Part shown: in pieces, positions 46,111 through 63,987 of the stretch | Layout of the letters: each line of letters starts with the position of its first letter | Position numbering within the stretch: the stretch's first letter is position 1 | Assembly: GCA_963693365.1 (NCBI GenBank) | Contig: CAVNZM010000001.1 | Span: 1,334,562-1,398,561 of the forward strand | Source of the DNA: Amoebidium appalachense | Lineage: Eukaryota > Protista > Ichthyosporea | Reading direction: 5' to 3' | DNA: 64,000 nucleotides | Program-made: the position numbers and the translations under genes | The notes under the pieces: model-generated | Told to the model about the DNA's origin: nothing | The model's database searches: none | What the model saw: only the letters and a program-made list of their open reading frames with translations

Positions 46111-46690
46111 TATTTATTCTTTCCTACTAATAGAGTAATTATAGCACTCTAAGAATTAGAGAGCCAGCTAGAGTATCTTAAGAGATTCCTTCCTAAGAAA
46201 AAGTCTTATGCTCTTATCATCATACGACGACAAGCTCGTTGTGAGAGTCTCTGCAGAGCCTTATCGTTAAGAAACATTCTTATGCTTTTGGGATCTGAAA
46301 ATTACAAACTCGTTGTGAGAGTCTCTAAAGAGCCTTCTCGCTAAGAGAATAGTCTTATGCTCTTATCCTCCTACGACGACAAGCTCGTTGTGAGAGTCTC
46401 TAAAGAGCCTTCTCGCTAAGAGAAGAGTCTTATGCTCTTGTCATCATATGACGACAAGCTCGCAACTCGCAATTCACCCGATCAGACTTTCGACTCGCCT
46501 CTGGTAATTCACCCAATCATACTCTTGACTCGCCTCTGGTAATTCATCCGATCAGACTCGCCTCTGGTCGAATCTTAGTAGAGCCGCCCCTCGTTGTGAG
46601 AGTCTCTGAAGAGTTTTCTCGCTAAGAGAAAAGTCTTATGCTCTTGTCCTCATACGACGACAAGCTCGTATTAGTACTCGCAATTCCCCC

Positions 46691-46849
46691 CCAATCACTA
46701 CCTCTCAGATAAACAGAGGAGAGCAAACAGAAATAAAACACAATAAGTTCTTATCAGGCAAGAGAGCCAGGTGTGCACAGATCTACAGATATCTGTGCTC
46801 ACAGAAACAAGGGAGAGAGAGATACGGGGGGGGGGGGGGGGGGGGGGGG

Positions 46850-46887
<38 letters not shown>

Positions 46888-47128
46888 AAAAGAGAAAGAG
46901 CACAAAGAAGGAAAGCAGACCCGAATACAAACAAGCTAAGACACATACATAATACGTGTGCGCGAGCTAAATATCTCGATGTGTACACAGATCTAAGAAA
47001 TCGGTGTACACGGAAACAGAAAGGAAAAAAAGAAAGGAAAAGGGAAAAAGGAAACATACTACAACAAACTAATAAACATATATGAAACTCAACTTCTAAG
47101 TCTTGCCGTGAATCATGGGAAGATGACA
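46691..47128 (-). mobile_element. Partial copia LTR related to the 709-bp LTR and to 59053-59845
   Basis: Ends CTCAACTTCTAAGTCTTG...GAAGATGACA like 12699 and 18374; 46691-46920 matches 59628-59840. Confidence 0.85.
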
Positions 47129-47886
47129 ATACTCGACTTCGCCCGGCCTCCATTGCTGCCACTACCACACCTGTATTCGCCTCTATTCTTATGTGAAACC
47201 TTTGGAGCAAGCATACTGCTCTCGTGCCGTGGTTTACAACCATTGCAGGTTCACTTCGGTTCAAGGGGATGTCCCCCTAGAGGCAACACACGTCCCGGAG
47301 TAGTTTTTCATAGAGGTTTTATTTGTGGAATTTATTGACATAAATATCTTTCTGGGTAAACACGTAGGATGGGTGTCCGATACTCAACATAACCATGTAG
47401 GCTTCGTTTCGTGTTTTAGCAGTTCGCGTTGGGCTGCCCGCATACGGGCACCTATTAGCCGATCAATAACGTCAGATTCCACAGATCACTAGACCGAGTT
47501 TGATTGGCTCAGGATCAGATTTCACATAACACTAGATCGATTTTGATTGGCTCAGATCGGTAACCTTAGGTATATAAGCACGACAGTTTTTCAGCAGATC
47601 AGCAAGCAACAGACACATCTTCTGTGTTTAGCACCTACAGCTTTACAGCTATATTTTCTTTTCACCCACCCACCTACACCCAACACTCAACCCCCATTGA
47701 TCCATACATACGTGCTGTTTTTTCACGGGGCGAAGACTTCCCCCCGTTTTTTGGGCACAAGGACCTCACGGATCAATAAATTGATGACTGGGGGCTTGCC
47801 GTGGTTTACAACCATTGCAGGTTCACTTTCGTCCAAGGGGATGTCCCCCTAGAGGCAACACACGTCCCGGAGTAGTTTTTTATAGA
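47129..47886 (+). mobile_element. Ngaro 3' fragment (copy 4): end of YR, B1, A2, B2
   Basis: B1 47225-47314, A2 47315-47664, B2 47797-47886; homologous to 21289-22050. Confidence 0.92.
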
Positions 47887-48026
47887 ATCAATTGGAATGA
47901 TGTGCTGCAGTAGTCTCATAGTCTCAAATGTAGTCGATTTAGGACTTTGGGCGTGACAGAAGGGAATGAAGTGACAGGTAAAGAAAGGTTTGGGCAGGGA
48001 GTAAGAAAGAGTGCCTCGTTCAAGAT

Positions 48027-48046
48027 CACACACACACACAAACACA

Positions 48047-48083
<37 letters not shown>

Positions 48084-48095
48084 ACACACACACAT

Positions 48096-48131
<36 letters not shown>

Positions 48132-48215
48132 ACGCACACACATACTCACACACACAAACACACACACACACCACACCCACACGATGTCGTAGTCACACAC
48201 ACACGACCACCGTTT

Positions 48216-48272
<57 letters not shown>

Positions 48273-48277
48273 ACACA

Positions 48278-48340
<63 letters not shown>

Positions 48341-48351
48341 ACACACACACA
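48027..48351 (+). repeat. (CA)n microsatellite
   Basis: Directly visible. Confidence 0.97.
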
Positions 48352-48981
48352 AATTGTTTTATTTAAGGTTTATGAGTCTCGCAAAGTAAGGGAGTTCCTC
48401 TCTTGAACAGGCTTTCGGTCCGGGACCCACGTTTCTACCTTCTTGGTGAGACACAACGGGAGTCAGGTGCACTCTTGCCTCTGGCGTTTGATTTATTGAA
48501 TGATTTCATAGGCATTGTGTTTGCTAGATTGGGTGGGTGAAAAGGGATACGCAATGCTGTGCAGGCCAAGTCACACATTCATCATCATGTATCGGCACCT
48601 GATCATCTAATTCAGAGTGAACCTGTTCTACTCTTTAAGAAAGGATGCTCGACGTGTACAGTTGGGACGGACAACCGGTGTCAGATCCCCCCCCCCCCCC
48701 CCCCCCTCTCCCCCTAGCCACCATCACCTTAATTAAAAATGAATGAAATCATTGAGAACTGCAGGTATTGTTTATAATTCGAATTAGTGATAAAAAAGAC
48801 AATAGACATGAAAACTTTTCGCACACAATCAACCACAGTAAGACTGATACAGAGGTCATTTACATACATTCCAAATCCTTTCAAACACAGATCGACCCAA
48901 AGTCGATGGGCAAGTTGCTGCTCTGTTCTAGTGTGCTTCATCTCAGGCGTTGTTGACAATATTTCGAAGCATTTAGGGTGG

Positions 48982-51900
48982 TTACAACCGCATCCAGGGC
49001 TGTGCCAGGCCCTTTCTGGCCAGATTGATATGCAGAAGGTATTTGGAATCTGATTGGATAAATCTGTAAACAAAAGTGTCTGACTGCCCAGCAACATCAC
49101 TGTTTTGGCCAGACTTCTTCATGTTAAGAGCAATCTCATTGGCGAGGTCTGAGGTTAGAACATACAGATGAGGACTCATGTGTAAAGAATTACTCCCACA
49201 TTGCTGATCCGCCATCCTTCCGTAATATAACCGGGCCGATGGTAGATCCGCTAGTTGTGACAGCAGTAATCTAGGTTCGAGGTAGGTCTCAAATTCAGAA
49301 CGCCCAAAATGGGTGGCCCAAGGAAATTCTCTCACCGCCCGCTCCCACCACCCGAACATAGCATCCAATGACGTTAGGCAATCCACCTCCATAAACTCAT
49401 AGGGGTAGGCTTTGGCACTCCCCAGCTGCTTGCACCATATCGGCACAAATGTAACGCGGCATGCTGGGTCGTATTGCATGCCCTTCTTATAGGCACATAT
49501 GTCCGTACGATTTGTCCAGGCACCTTGGCCCATTGTCATCTCAAGCACCAGCTGGCCTTGCTCGTCGGGGTAGATGGGGATGCCCAGGACCACCCGAGGT
49601 TGTGTTTTTCGAGATACCCTAATCGACAGTGTCCGGGTAGTGTTGGATTGCTTGAAGGCCCGAGGACTACCCATTCGCTGGAAAAACATACTGGGATTCT
49701 GCGCGTTTGGTAGAAAGCATCAGTGCTTGTTCTGAGATATGCAAACCAGCTACATGTCAACAGCAGATATGTCTGAAAATGAGCATGTCTACCCCAAAAT
49801 TCCATCGAACTATTGTGTATTGAGCATGCAAAGGAAACTCTTTTAAGACTCATCCCCCCCCCCCCCCCCTCCAACCCCCCCCCCCCCTTTAAATTCACCC
49901 ACCCCGGACACCCACGCTCCCACTCAACCACCCACCCACCTCCACGCCCACCCCAACCTATGCTCCCTATTGGTACACCACACATCTACTAGTGACAGTA
50001 GCAGAATGGGAAGTCATGTATGGTGCATCTACTATTTGTTGCTTACGAATGTCACATTCAGGACTCCCTTTGCCACCTGGTTTGTTTGATGTTTCTGCCA
50101 TTTGTACGTATCTATTTCCGTTTGTGCACATGGTAATGGAATCTCGGCAGCACGAATTTTCTTTGGTGAGGGGGGGAGGGAGGAAAGAGGTGAATTGTGA
50201 TTATGTAAAGTTCAGGACCGTGAAGGCTACAACGTACCTTTAAAGGGTGTTCAAAAGGCAAGTGCTTTGACAACACCTGGGTCACCGGGAATGGGGCTAG
50301 GGCCAGCCACTTGCCGGTCTGGAGATCCTCATAGCCCAACTTTGTGTGGGCCAGCAGTGTATTGGTGCTGCTGCCCACCCAACGAACGAGGTCGGTCGAG
50401 AGCAGAATCATCTGCCCGCTCTTGTACGTGTAGTCCCGGGGGCAGAGCTTTTTACAGCCACATCTGTGGGATGGTGCCTCCCCTCAGCCGAATAATCTAG
50501 TTTGTGTCTGCACTTATGTGGTGAGTAAAATTGTGTGCTATGGGTGGCCAACCCCCCCTTTCCCCACCCTCCTACATGTTCCCTAGGTGCCAACCCAGAA
50601 ACAATATTCCTTCTCTCCTCTCCTTTCATGGCTGTTTCTGTTGTCGCCTGCCCTTAAAAGCTCCCACCACTTAACGACTTTGTCGGCATCGTCGATATTT
50701 TCAATCAAAAACACACGGAGAATGTCATGTTTAGGTGCAGCATCTGGTCGTAATCAGTAGCACAAATTCGGCGTCATATTGATGTCTTTCTACTGTAATA
50801 TCTTAATGCTGCAACACCTACACGTCCTCTGCCAGGCAACTGATGTTTGGGTGGTGGTGGTGGTTAGGGGGGGGGGGGGCGGGGGAAGGTTGGGGGGGGG
50901 GGGGGGGGGGGGAGGGGGGAAGGAAGGAAAGGAGGGGCAACAGTGATGATCCCCAACAGGCATGCGTAAAGATACAGAGACCACAAATTAGGGTCGGGCA
51001 TGCGATTAATTTCCGTGATGGGCTGCTTACATAGAAAACGTGTTTGTGCGGCCATAGTACAGTCGTTCGGGTGGGAGAAGGGCCACCCTTTGGGCAAGCT
51101 CTGCTGGCCAGACAAATGTGTCCATGTCGCCTTTGGCCACGTGCGTGGCATTAGGGAATGCCACGGCAGCATGCTGCCACCATGCCAATGACTTGCCGTT
51201 GTCCATGTTCTCGGGCTCGTTCAGCACCACCAGGTCGCCATACATGGCGTTCTCCTCAGCAATGAGCAGTTCCTCTTCCTGCCGGCAGGAATGGGTGCAT
51301 GATTGTCAGATTCCCTGGGCCTTGCACAACATCTCTGAAGCACGTCCTCACTAGCCAACAAATTCGATGGGCTATACATGTCGTGATAATTGTAGTGGAT
51401 TCGACGTGTTGACTAACTAGACTCAGGATCATGCCATTAAGTTCTTCTTAACAGTATTTTTGGTTCTGCAAGCACGATGTGTATGGCCATGAGCCAATGT
51501 TGTTGCAGTGTCGAGAGCATTTCACTATTTTGCCCAAAGGCCATTTTTCTTCCCACTGAGGCATTAATGGTTGTTCGGCCCTCTAGCTTCGTAATGTGCT
51601 TACAGAAAAAAGCGGGCAGGAAAGAAAAGCACCCACCTCGTTGCGTGGCTTGCCCAGGACGAACAATGGCACAATGCTGCAGGGTCGAGCGGTACCGCCA
51701 TTCCAGCCCTCTTTTGGCACACACACATCAGCGAACGTGTGCCACGTCTGGCGGTGCGTGTCCCTAAACGGCCGAAGGTGCACGATGGAAAATATTCCAT
51801 ACACAATCCGTAAAGGCCTTTTTGCGGGGTTGGCACTTCGGGGATTGCCCAATAAGTGTGGCTGTTGTGTGTCACCCATTCCTGGCCACCTAGTATGCAA

Positions 51901-52029
51901 ACTGTGTTCCAGGTTGCCTCCGTTGAAAGGAAACAAGCCCATATGGACAAGCACCCAAGCTGCTGCTGCAAACACCAGCCAGCGGTGATGGCACCAATAG
52001 CTTATCACTCGCTTGGCATGCCGACTCAT
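48982..52029 (-). CDS. GT31 (beta-1,3-galactosyltransferase-like) type II membrane protein with two tandem domains, ~527 aa, 4 exons
   Basis: Exons 52029-51637, 51278-51031, 50463-50238 and 49698-48982 have GT-AG ends and consistent phases (0,2,0). N-terminal hydrophobic anchor; RDTHRQTW, FVLG, EENAMYGDL, ENMDNGK, KGDMDTFV, LYYGR, SGQMILLSTDL and EDLQTGKWL motifs. Confidence 0.8.
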
Positions 52030-52955
52030 TTTCTTCTCTGTGACTGAATGGCCGCATTTACTATTAAATGCATATAGCAAAAATGGTGCGGCATCAATAT
52101 TGTATCAATAATATCGTAGCTCGGGTGACAAACTGTCACACGTCCGTTCATGAGTGCACAAGAATGTGAAGCTGACGCGTTTAGTGCTAAAGCTTTTTCG
52201 TACAGTCGACTCACTTGTTCACTGCTCAAGATTCGGGTATATGATTGGATACCTAAGCTGAAGGATTGAAGTCAGCGAATCAAAGTCGGCTTGCCATCAG
52301 GGGTTGTGGGGCTCGGGCGATTTTAGTCGTACTTGATCAAAATCCGGGAATTTTGGATCCCCTTAACGGTCGTGCATGTAATGGAATGAGTCTTTTTTAT
52401 AGGGTCCTCCTTATTCGTAAATACGAAGATTTTGAATCGTAATACAAACCCTGCTTTCCATGTGTGTAGCCTATATCGAAGAAACCGAGTCCTTCAAAAT
52501 CCCACACGAACAAAAGAGAACTCATAGATATTGAGCATATCAGGTATAGCACACTGGAAATATAAATATAAAGTACGAAGCTATCTACGACATGAAAATA
52601 GAAAATCCCTTGTACGTGCGACTGCTTTCCGTACTGGAACTGGTGATATCATCAGGGTTCCCAGGGTTATGCAAACCAGCCAATGGTGATCCGGCCCCCA
52701 TGAATCACTGCCACATAAATGAGTGCGCTGTCCAGATGCGCTAACATTTCACGTTTCGATTCTCGGGCATGGTTCATTGAAGATATACGGACTCTAACTG
52801 TTCATCAAAGGGTTATACCAATTTTCTTTTTACAGGAATCCATACCTTCAAACAGAAATAGCCGCATGCTGCACAAAATCTTGCTTGCCGACATAAGTGA
52901 ATATAAATATGGCTGGCTAAGGTTTGTTGTCACATAGCATATATTCAGCGAAAGA
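52030..52955. promoter_or_regulatory. Divergent intergenic region, likely shared promoter
   Basis: 926 bp between the two predicted start codons; TATAAATA at 52561. Inferred from gene orientation only. Confidence 0.4.
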
Positions 52956-58566
<5,611 letters not shown>

Positions 58567-59052
58567 AAACCAAAAACCCATGGGGGCAGCCAACTGATGG
58601 AGCAAACATACCCCTGTAACCATACCTCTTAGTTCAAACCCATCCCCCTGTAAATACAACACACAACACTTAGGACATTCCACCGCTGTAGATCGAACTG
58701 AATGAGAGCCCTTGGTTAACGTTTATTCTTATGATTTGAGTGGAGGGGAGGACTGGTGCCTCCTGCCGGCATGGCTGGGATAGTAACCCAGGGCAAAGTG
58801 TGTACTTAAAGTGAGGATTATCAAGGATGGTTTAACTTAGCTGAACACATAGATACCCTAACTAGTGTACTGTCGGCGCTGTGTGATAGACGGTAGTCTC
58901 CCTGGAAGGTCTGTAAAGGTCCTCCGGGAACAAAACTTGATAAGATAAAAGAGCAAACATCCCATCACCCAAACTTACAGGCTTGAAGTGTCTGATGTTG
59001 GTTCTATTGAAGACATGTACAGACTTTTTTATTGGAATCTATACAACAATAT

Positions 59053-60396
59053 TGTTGTTTTGTACGGGTCTAAGGGAGCAGAGTGCACAGAGTTGTCATG
59101 TAAAACACGACCAACACAATAAAGAGAGGGCAATCGGAGTTGTTCACGACACATGAAAGATTTCAAAAAACAATTGAACTTTTATTGTGCTCTCAGGTCT
59201 TTTTGTGCTTGCAACTTATCATCTTATCTCAACTAAAAGGGGAGAACTAATTGGTTCTATCAGATGATAGAAAAACACATTCCGACAGAGCATACACATT
59301 CCAACTTCCGACATAACTGAAGCTTAGAAACTCTTACTTAAATAACTTAGGTAATTATACATCTTGTCACTATTAATACACATATATATTTATACTCGTC
59401 TCTATAAAGAAACTCATTTAAATACATATATTTCCTAATAGTCGACACTCTCAAAGTGAAGACACATTACGATAAACCGAGTTCCATACACGTATATTAA
59501 TAGACAGGAATGCACAACACGATCTATGTGCTATAGATGTACTCACTCACGTCTATTGGTGAGTCATCTTATTGTGAACTAAAACTAAGCCACTTTGAAC
59601 AAAAACAAGGACAACGAATATAGCTAGCCAATCACGCTACTTCTCAGATAAACAGAGGAGAGCAAACACAGATAAGATACAATAAGTTCTATCAGGCAAG
59701 AGAGCCAGGTGTGCACAGATCTACAGATATCTGTGCACACAGAAACAAGGGAGAGAGAAAGATACGGGGGGGGGGGGGGGGGGGGGAGGGGGAGAGAGAA
59801 AAGGGAGTGAGGGGGGAGAGCACAAAGAAGGAGAGCAGACAGATGCGAACCGAAGATCCTTGAGGTGGGAAGGAGAAAACCAAAACTGAAGAAGCACACA
59901 GCGACGGTTGCCTCGGAAGACTCGGAATATGAAGGGAGGCATTGTGGCTAACGTCGTTATATAAATATATAAAAGAAACACGTGTGTATATGTGACGTGT
60001 TGGTGGCTAACGTTTTATACTGGGGACCACCCAGATAAACACAAGGCATAAACATCTTGTGGACTGATTTATAGACTGGTAGTCAACCAGTTAAGACACG
60101 AGGAAGGTTCATCCCGTGGACTAGGTTTAGACTGGCAGTCAACCAGCTCGCCATGGCTATAGTTAATTATTTATACTGGGACGCCATCCCAGTTCGACAT
60201 ATACAAAAGTCGAATATAGTAGAAAACCAATATATATCGTGGGAGATGAATATAAATAAACGACGGATGGTGGAGAATAATCCCAACTGAAGATGCACAC
60301 ACTTGACGATGGAAGACAGAGTCCCCACTGATGAAGGGAAACGATGAGAAGTAGTAGACTTTCGTGGGGAGGCATCTTGATCACCCGTAGATGTGT
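59053..60396 (-). mobile_element. copia remnant: 3' LTR (inner end deleted) plus 3' UTR, interrupted by Ngaro copy 5
   Basis: Begins TGTTGTTTTG...GAGCAGAGTGCACAGA like 11991. 59870-60010 and 60250-60396 are homologous to the copia UTR at 12855-13135. Confidence 0.8.
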
Positions 60397-61070
60397 TCTA
60401 TGAAAACTACTCCGGGACGTGTGTTGCCTCTAGGGGGACATCCCCTTGGACGAAAGTGAACCTGCAATGGTTGTAAACCACGGCAGGCCCCCAGTCATCA
60501 ATTTATTGATCCGTGAGGTCCTTGTGCCCAAAAAACGGGGGAAGTCTTCGCCCCGTGAAAAAACAGCACGTATGTGGGGATCAATGGGGGTTGAGTGTAG
60601 GGTGTAGGTGGGTGGGTGAAAAAGAAAATATAGCTGTAAAGCTGTAGGTGCTAAACACAGAAGATGTGTTGTTGCCTGCTGATCTGCTAAAAACTGTCGT
60701 GCTTATATACCTACGGCTACCGAACTGAGCCAATCAAAACCGATCTAGTGTTATGTGAAATCTTATCCTGAGCCAATCAGACTCGGTCTAGTGATCTGTG
60801 GAATCTGATGTTTTGATCGGCTAATAGGTGCCCGTATGCGGGCAGCCGAACGCGAACTGCTAAAACATGAAACAAAGCCTGTTGATATCGGACACCCATC
60901 CTACGTGTTTACCCAGAAAAATATTTATGTCAATAATTTCCACAAATAAAACCTCTATGAAAACTACTCCGGGACGTGTGTTGCCTCTAGGGGGACATCC
61001 CCTTGGACGAAAGTGAACCTGCAATGGTTGTAAACCACGGCACGAGAGCAGCATGCTTGCTCCAAAGGTT

Positions 61071-62279
61071 TCACTTAAGAATAGAGGCGAATACACGTGT
61101 GGTAGTGGCAGCAATGGAGGCCGGACGAAGTCGTGTATAGATCAGGAAACAGTCGGAGGACCACCTGCCGAGTTGTTTGATCCGGGAGTCGTCGACCCCG
61201 GCCTCAGCCAGTGCTGTGGCCCCCCCGATGCGGAGGCTGTGTCCGGCAAACCGGGAGGGTGAGAGGCCTGCCCGGGAGAGGAGGGCACGGAAGTCGGCAG
61301 AGAAAGCACTCTTGGTGTAGGGGATGCCACCGAGACTGAAGAGGGGGTCGTCGGGTTGACCGGACGTTGTATGCAGGAACTGCCGGAGGAGATGGGCTGG
61401 GGAGAAATGGGTGAGGGGCAGGGCAGCTAGAGTGACGTTGACACCTCGGGCCTGTACATCCGTCTTAGAGGTTGGCAGGTGGAGGGTGGCATGGGACAAA
61501 GTACCGGTGGGGGTGTAGGTGAAGGTCACGTCTTTCCGTTTAACGTGACGGGACGGGTTGAAAGAAGTCAGGGTCTTGGAGGTAAATTCCCCTGAACGGA
61601 GGAGACCACAGAAACCGACGATGAGGGCTGTCCATAGCCGGAGATTGGCCGAGGAGGCCTTTGTGGGGCACTGGCCATGAAGTAGGCTGAGGTGGGAGGG
61701 CAGGAGGGGTTCCCTGGTTGATGAGCGGGGTCGGATGTTGTGAGAAAGCTGCCATCTGCCCACCCCCCGTAGGAACCAGGCCAGAGACTTGTCGTGGGGG
61801 TAGGGAGCAGGGAGGCCCATGTCGAGGTGGAGCCTGGTGATGGCCGAATTGTAGCCGGTTAAGGAAGAGGCCTGTACCCCTCGTTGGGCACACCAGGCGA
61901 GAAAAAGTTGCACGGTGTGTGGGGAGGCCGGGAGGGAGGACCCGGAGGGGGATTGCAGCCGAGATGCCACACAGAAATCGATGAACACTTTCTGCACCCG
62001 GGAGTAAAAGGCCCGAGAGTCGAGGTTGAGACTCAGGGCCTGGCATTCCTGCAGGGTAGTGGTGGCTCGAAGCAGCTCGGCCGGAGCAAAGTGGGGGGCC
62101 AATCTGCCAGCGTTGCTCCGGAACGGGAGATCTGGGGGGGGGGGGGGGGGGGGGGGGGGGGGATTAGCCCAAGGGAAGGGATAGGAACTCGTGGACCCAG
62201 GAGGGGAAGGGGCAGGGCTCCGGTTGCAGGGAAGGTCGGAGTCGTCGGGCCCGGGGAAGTTGGTTACGAGAAATGGCAT
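61071..62279 (-). CDS. Ngaro tyrosine recombinase, 402 aa
   Basis: Near-identical to 20160-21356; catalytic residues intact. Confidence 0.93.
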   Translation of the reverse strand: MPFLVTNFPGPDDSDLPCNRSPAPSPPGSTSSYPFPWANPPPPPPPPPPDLPFRSNAGRLAPHFAPAELLRATTTLQECQALSLNLDSRAFYSRVQKVFIDFCVASRLQSPSGSSLPASPHTVQLFLAWCAQRGVQASSLTGYNSAITRLHLDMGLPAPYPHDKSLAWFLRGVGRWQLSHNIRPRSSTREPLLPSHLSLLHGQCPTKASSANLRLWTALIVGFCGLLRSGEFTSKTLTSFNPSRHVKRKDVTFTYTPTGTLSHATLHLPTSKTDVQARGVNVTLAALPLTHFSPAHLLRQFLHTTSGQPDDPLFSLGGIPYTKSAFSADFRALLSRAGLSPSRFAGHSLRIGGATALAEAGVDDSRIKQLGRWSSDCFLIYTRLRPASIAATTTRVFASILK

Positions 62280-63847
62280 CGGCCAGATGGTTGAGGGGTC
62301 CTGGTAGGTAGGATGCCTGTAACGTAAATTGGTATTGCATTTCCATGCGGGTGATGAACCGAATAAGTTTGGCCATCACGGGGTGGGGGGAAGACCGGGA
62401 GTGCAGGTCAGACACAGCACCCGTGTTGTCGCATAAAATACGGACATGGTGGGTGGACCAGGAGGGGGCCCAGAGGGCCACGGCGGCTGCGATGGCCAGG
62501 AGTTCGATGACGGAAGAACCGAGTTTACCCTCATGAGCATAGAGGGCTTGGGTGGAGGGGGACCAGGGCATGAAGAACCATTGGTCGAGCCAGTGGCCTC
62601 CTAGACCCACCGATCCGGCAGCATCGGTGGCCAGGGTGGTGTATGTGGGGGGTGTGATGAGGTGCACCCCATTCCATGATGTGAGGAACTGGTGCCATTC
62701 GGCTATGTCGGCCCGGGCGGCAGCAGTCAGTCGTATGTGGTGGTGGCCGGCAAGGTGTGGGTGGGTCCGGAGAAGGGCCCATAGGCGCTGGGAGAAGGCC
62801 CTCCCGGGGGGAACCAGCTGGGCACACCAGGTGAGTTTGCCGAGGAGGGACTGGAGGTCCCGAATGGTGATGGTGGGCTTTGGGTGGGAAGTGAGGTCGA
62901 GTAGGTCCGAGAGCTTGGAAGCCGGGATTCGTGCCTCCATGGTGATGGAGTCGATTTCGATACCGATGAAGACGACACGGGTAGCCGGGCCCTGCATCTT
63001 GTCTTCGGAGATGGCAATGTGCAGCTCTCGGCAGAGTTGCAGGAAGGTGGATAGGTGACGTTGGCACTGCTCTTGTGTGGGGGCGACTATAATCCAGTCG
63101 TCTACGTAGTGGCGGATGAGGGTAATACCGTGCTGGTGTGCCAGCCACTGTAGGGTGGCCGCGATCCGTTCCCAGATGGCTGGGCTAGATTTCAGGCCGA
63201 AGGGCAGTCTGGTTTCAACGTAAAAATGCCCCAACCATTTGAATGCCATTAAGTGATGGTCTTCTGGTCGGATGGGCATGTGCCGGAAGGCAGCCTGCAC
63301 ATCTGCCACGGCCATGTAGCAGCCGGGGCCTGCGTCGAGAATGAGCTGGGTGACGTCCCGGGCGCGAATGTACTGAAGTTCGTCGGGGTAGGTGATGCTG
63401 TCATTGACACTGCTACCCCGGGGCCAGGAGAGGTGGTGGATTCGACGGTACTTGGGGGGGTTCCCTTTCTTGGTAACGGCGCCGATGGGGGAGGAACGGT
63501 GGACCGGAAATTCGTCAAAGAATTGGGCCGGGGAGAGGGGGCCGCGCAGGTGGCCGAGGGCGACTTCTTTGGCAATATCCGCCGTGATAGCGGAAGCTGC
63601 CTCCGGGGTGGTGGGTAGGTTGGGGCCCACCCGAGAGGTGGAGGGCCCGCGATAGCCGATGTCGACACCGAATTCGACATCGTGGAGGAGTTGTGCGGCG
63701 AATGATTGGTCTGGGTAGGAGGCCAGCAGTTCCCGGAGGCGGGAGGTGTCAATGCGGTGCTGGGGCAGCGGGCGGGCCTCCGGGTCTGAGCCTCGGGGGA
63801 AGGGGGTGGTTAGCAAGGGTGGGGCACCCTCGGGGAGATCCCGGCAG

Positions 63848-63891
<44 letters not shown>

Positions 63892-63987
63892 CAGGGCCCC
63901 GGGGGGGTTAGGGTAGGGCAGCTGGGCCCGAGTGAAGGTTGGCAGGGAGGGCAGCGGGGCCCTGTGCAGGGGAATGTGCCCGAGCAC
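62164..63987 (-). CDS. pol: Ngaro reverse transcriptase/RNase H
   Basis: RLPFG, YVDD and RNase H D-E-D-D motifs; near-identical to 18422-20275. Confidence 0.93.

Larger units (their letters stand above)
1..46690. other. Large AT-rich mitochondrion-like block (putative NUMT concatemer), interrupted by nuclear retrotransposons at 10127-22050, 25821-26388, 34144-36406 and 36822-40208
   Basis: Contains decayed nad1/nad2/cox1 fragments, group I intron P/Q/R/S cores and a tRNA relic. No long ORFs outside the TEs. A shared terminal motif and many dispersed short repeats recur throughout. Confidence 0.7.

Noticed and set aside
47806-48352. Cys-Val or His-Thr repeat ORFs (also 53950-55400)
   Set aside because: Translations of (CA)n/(GT)n microsatellites and low-complexity intron DNA.
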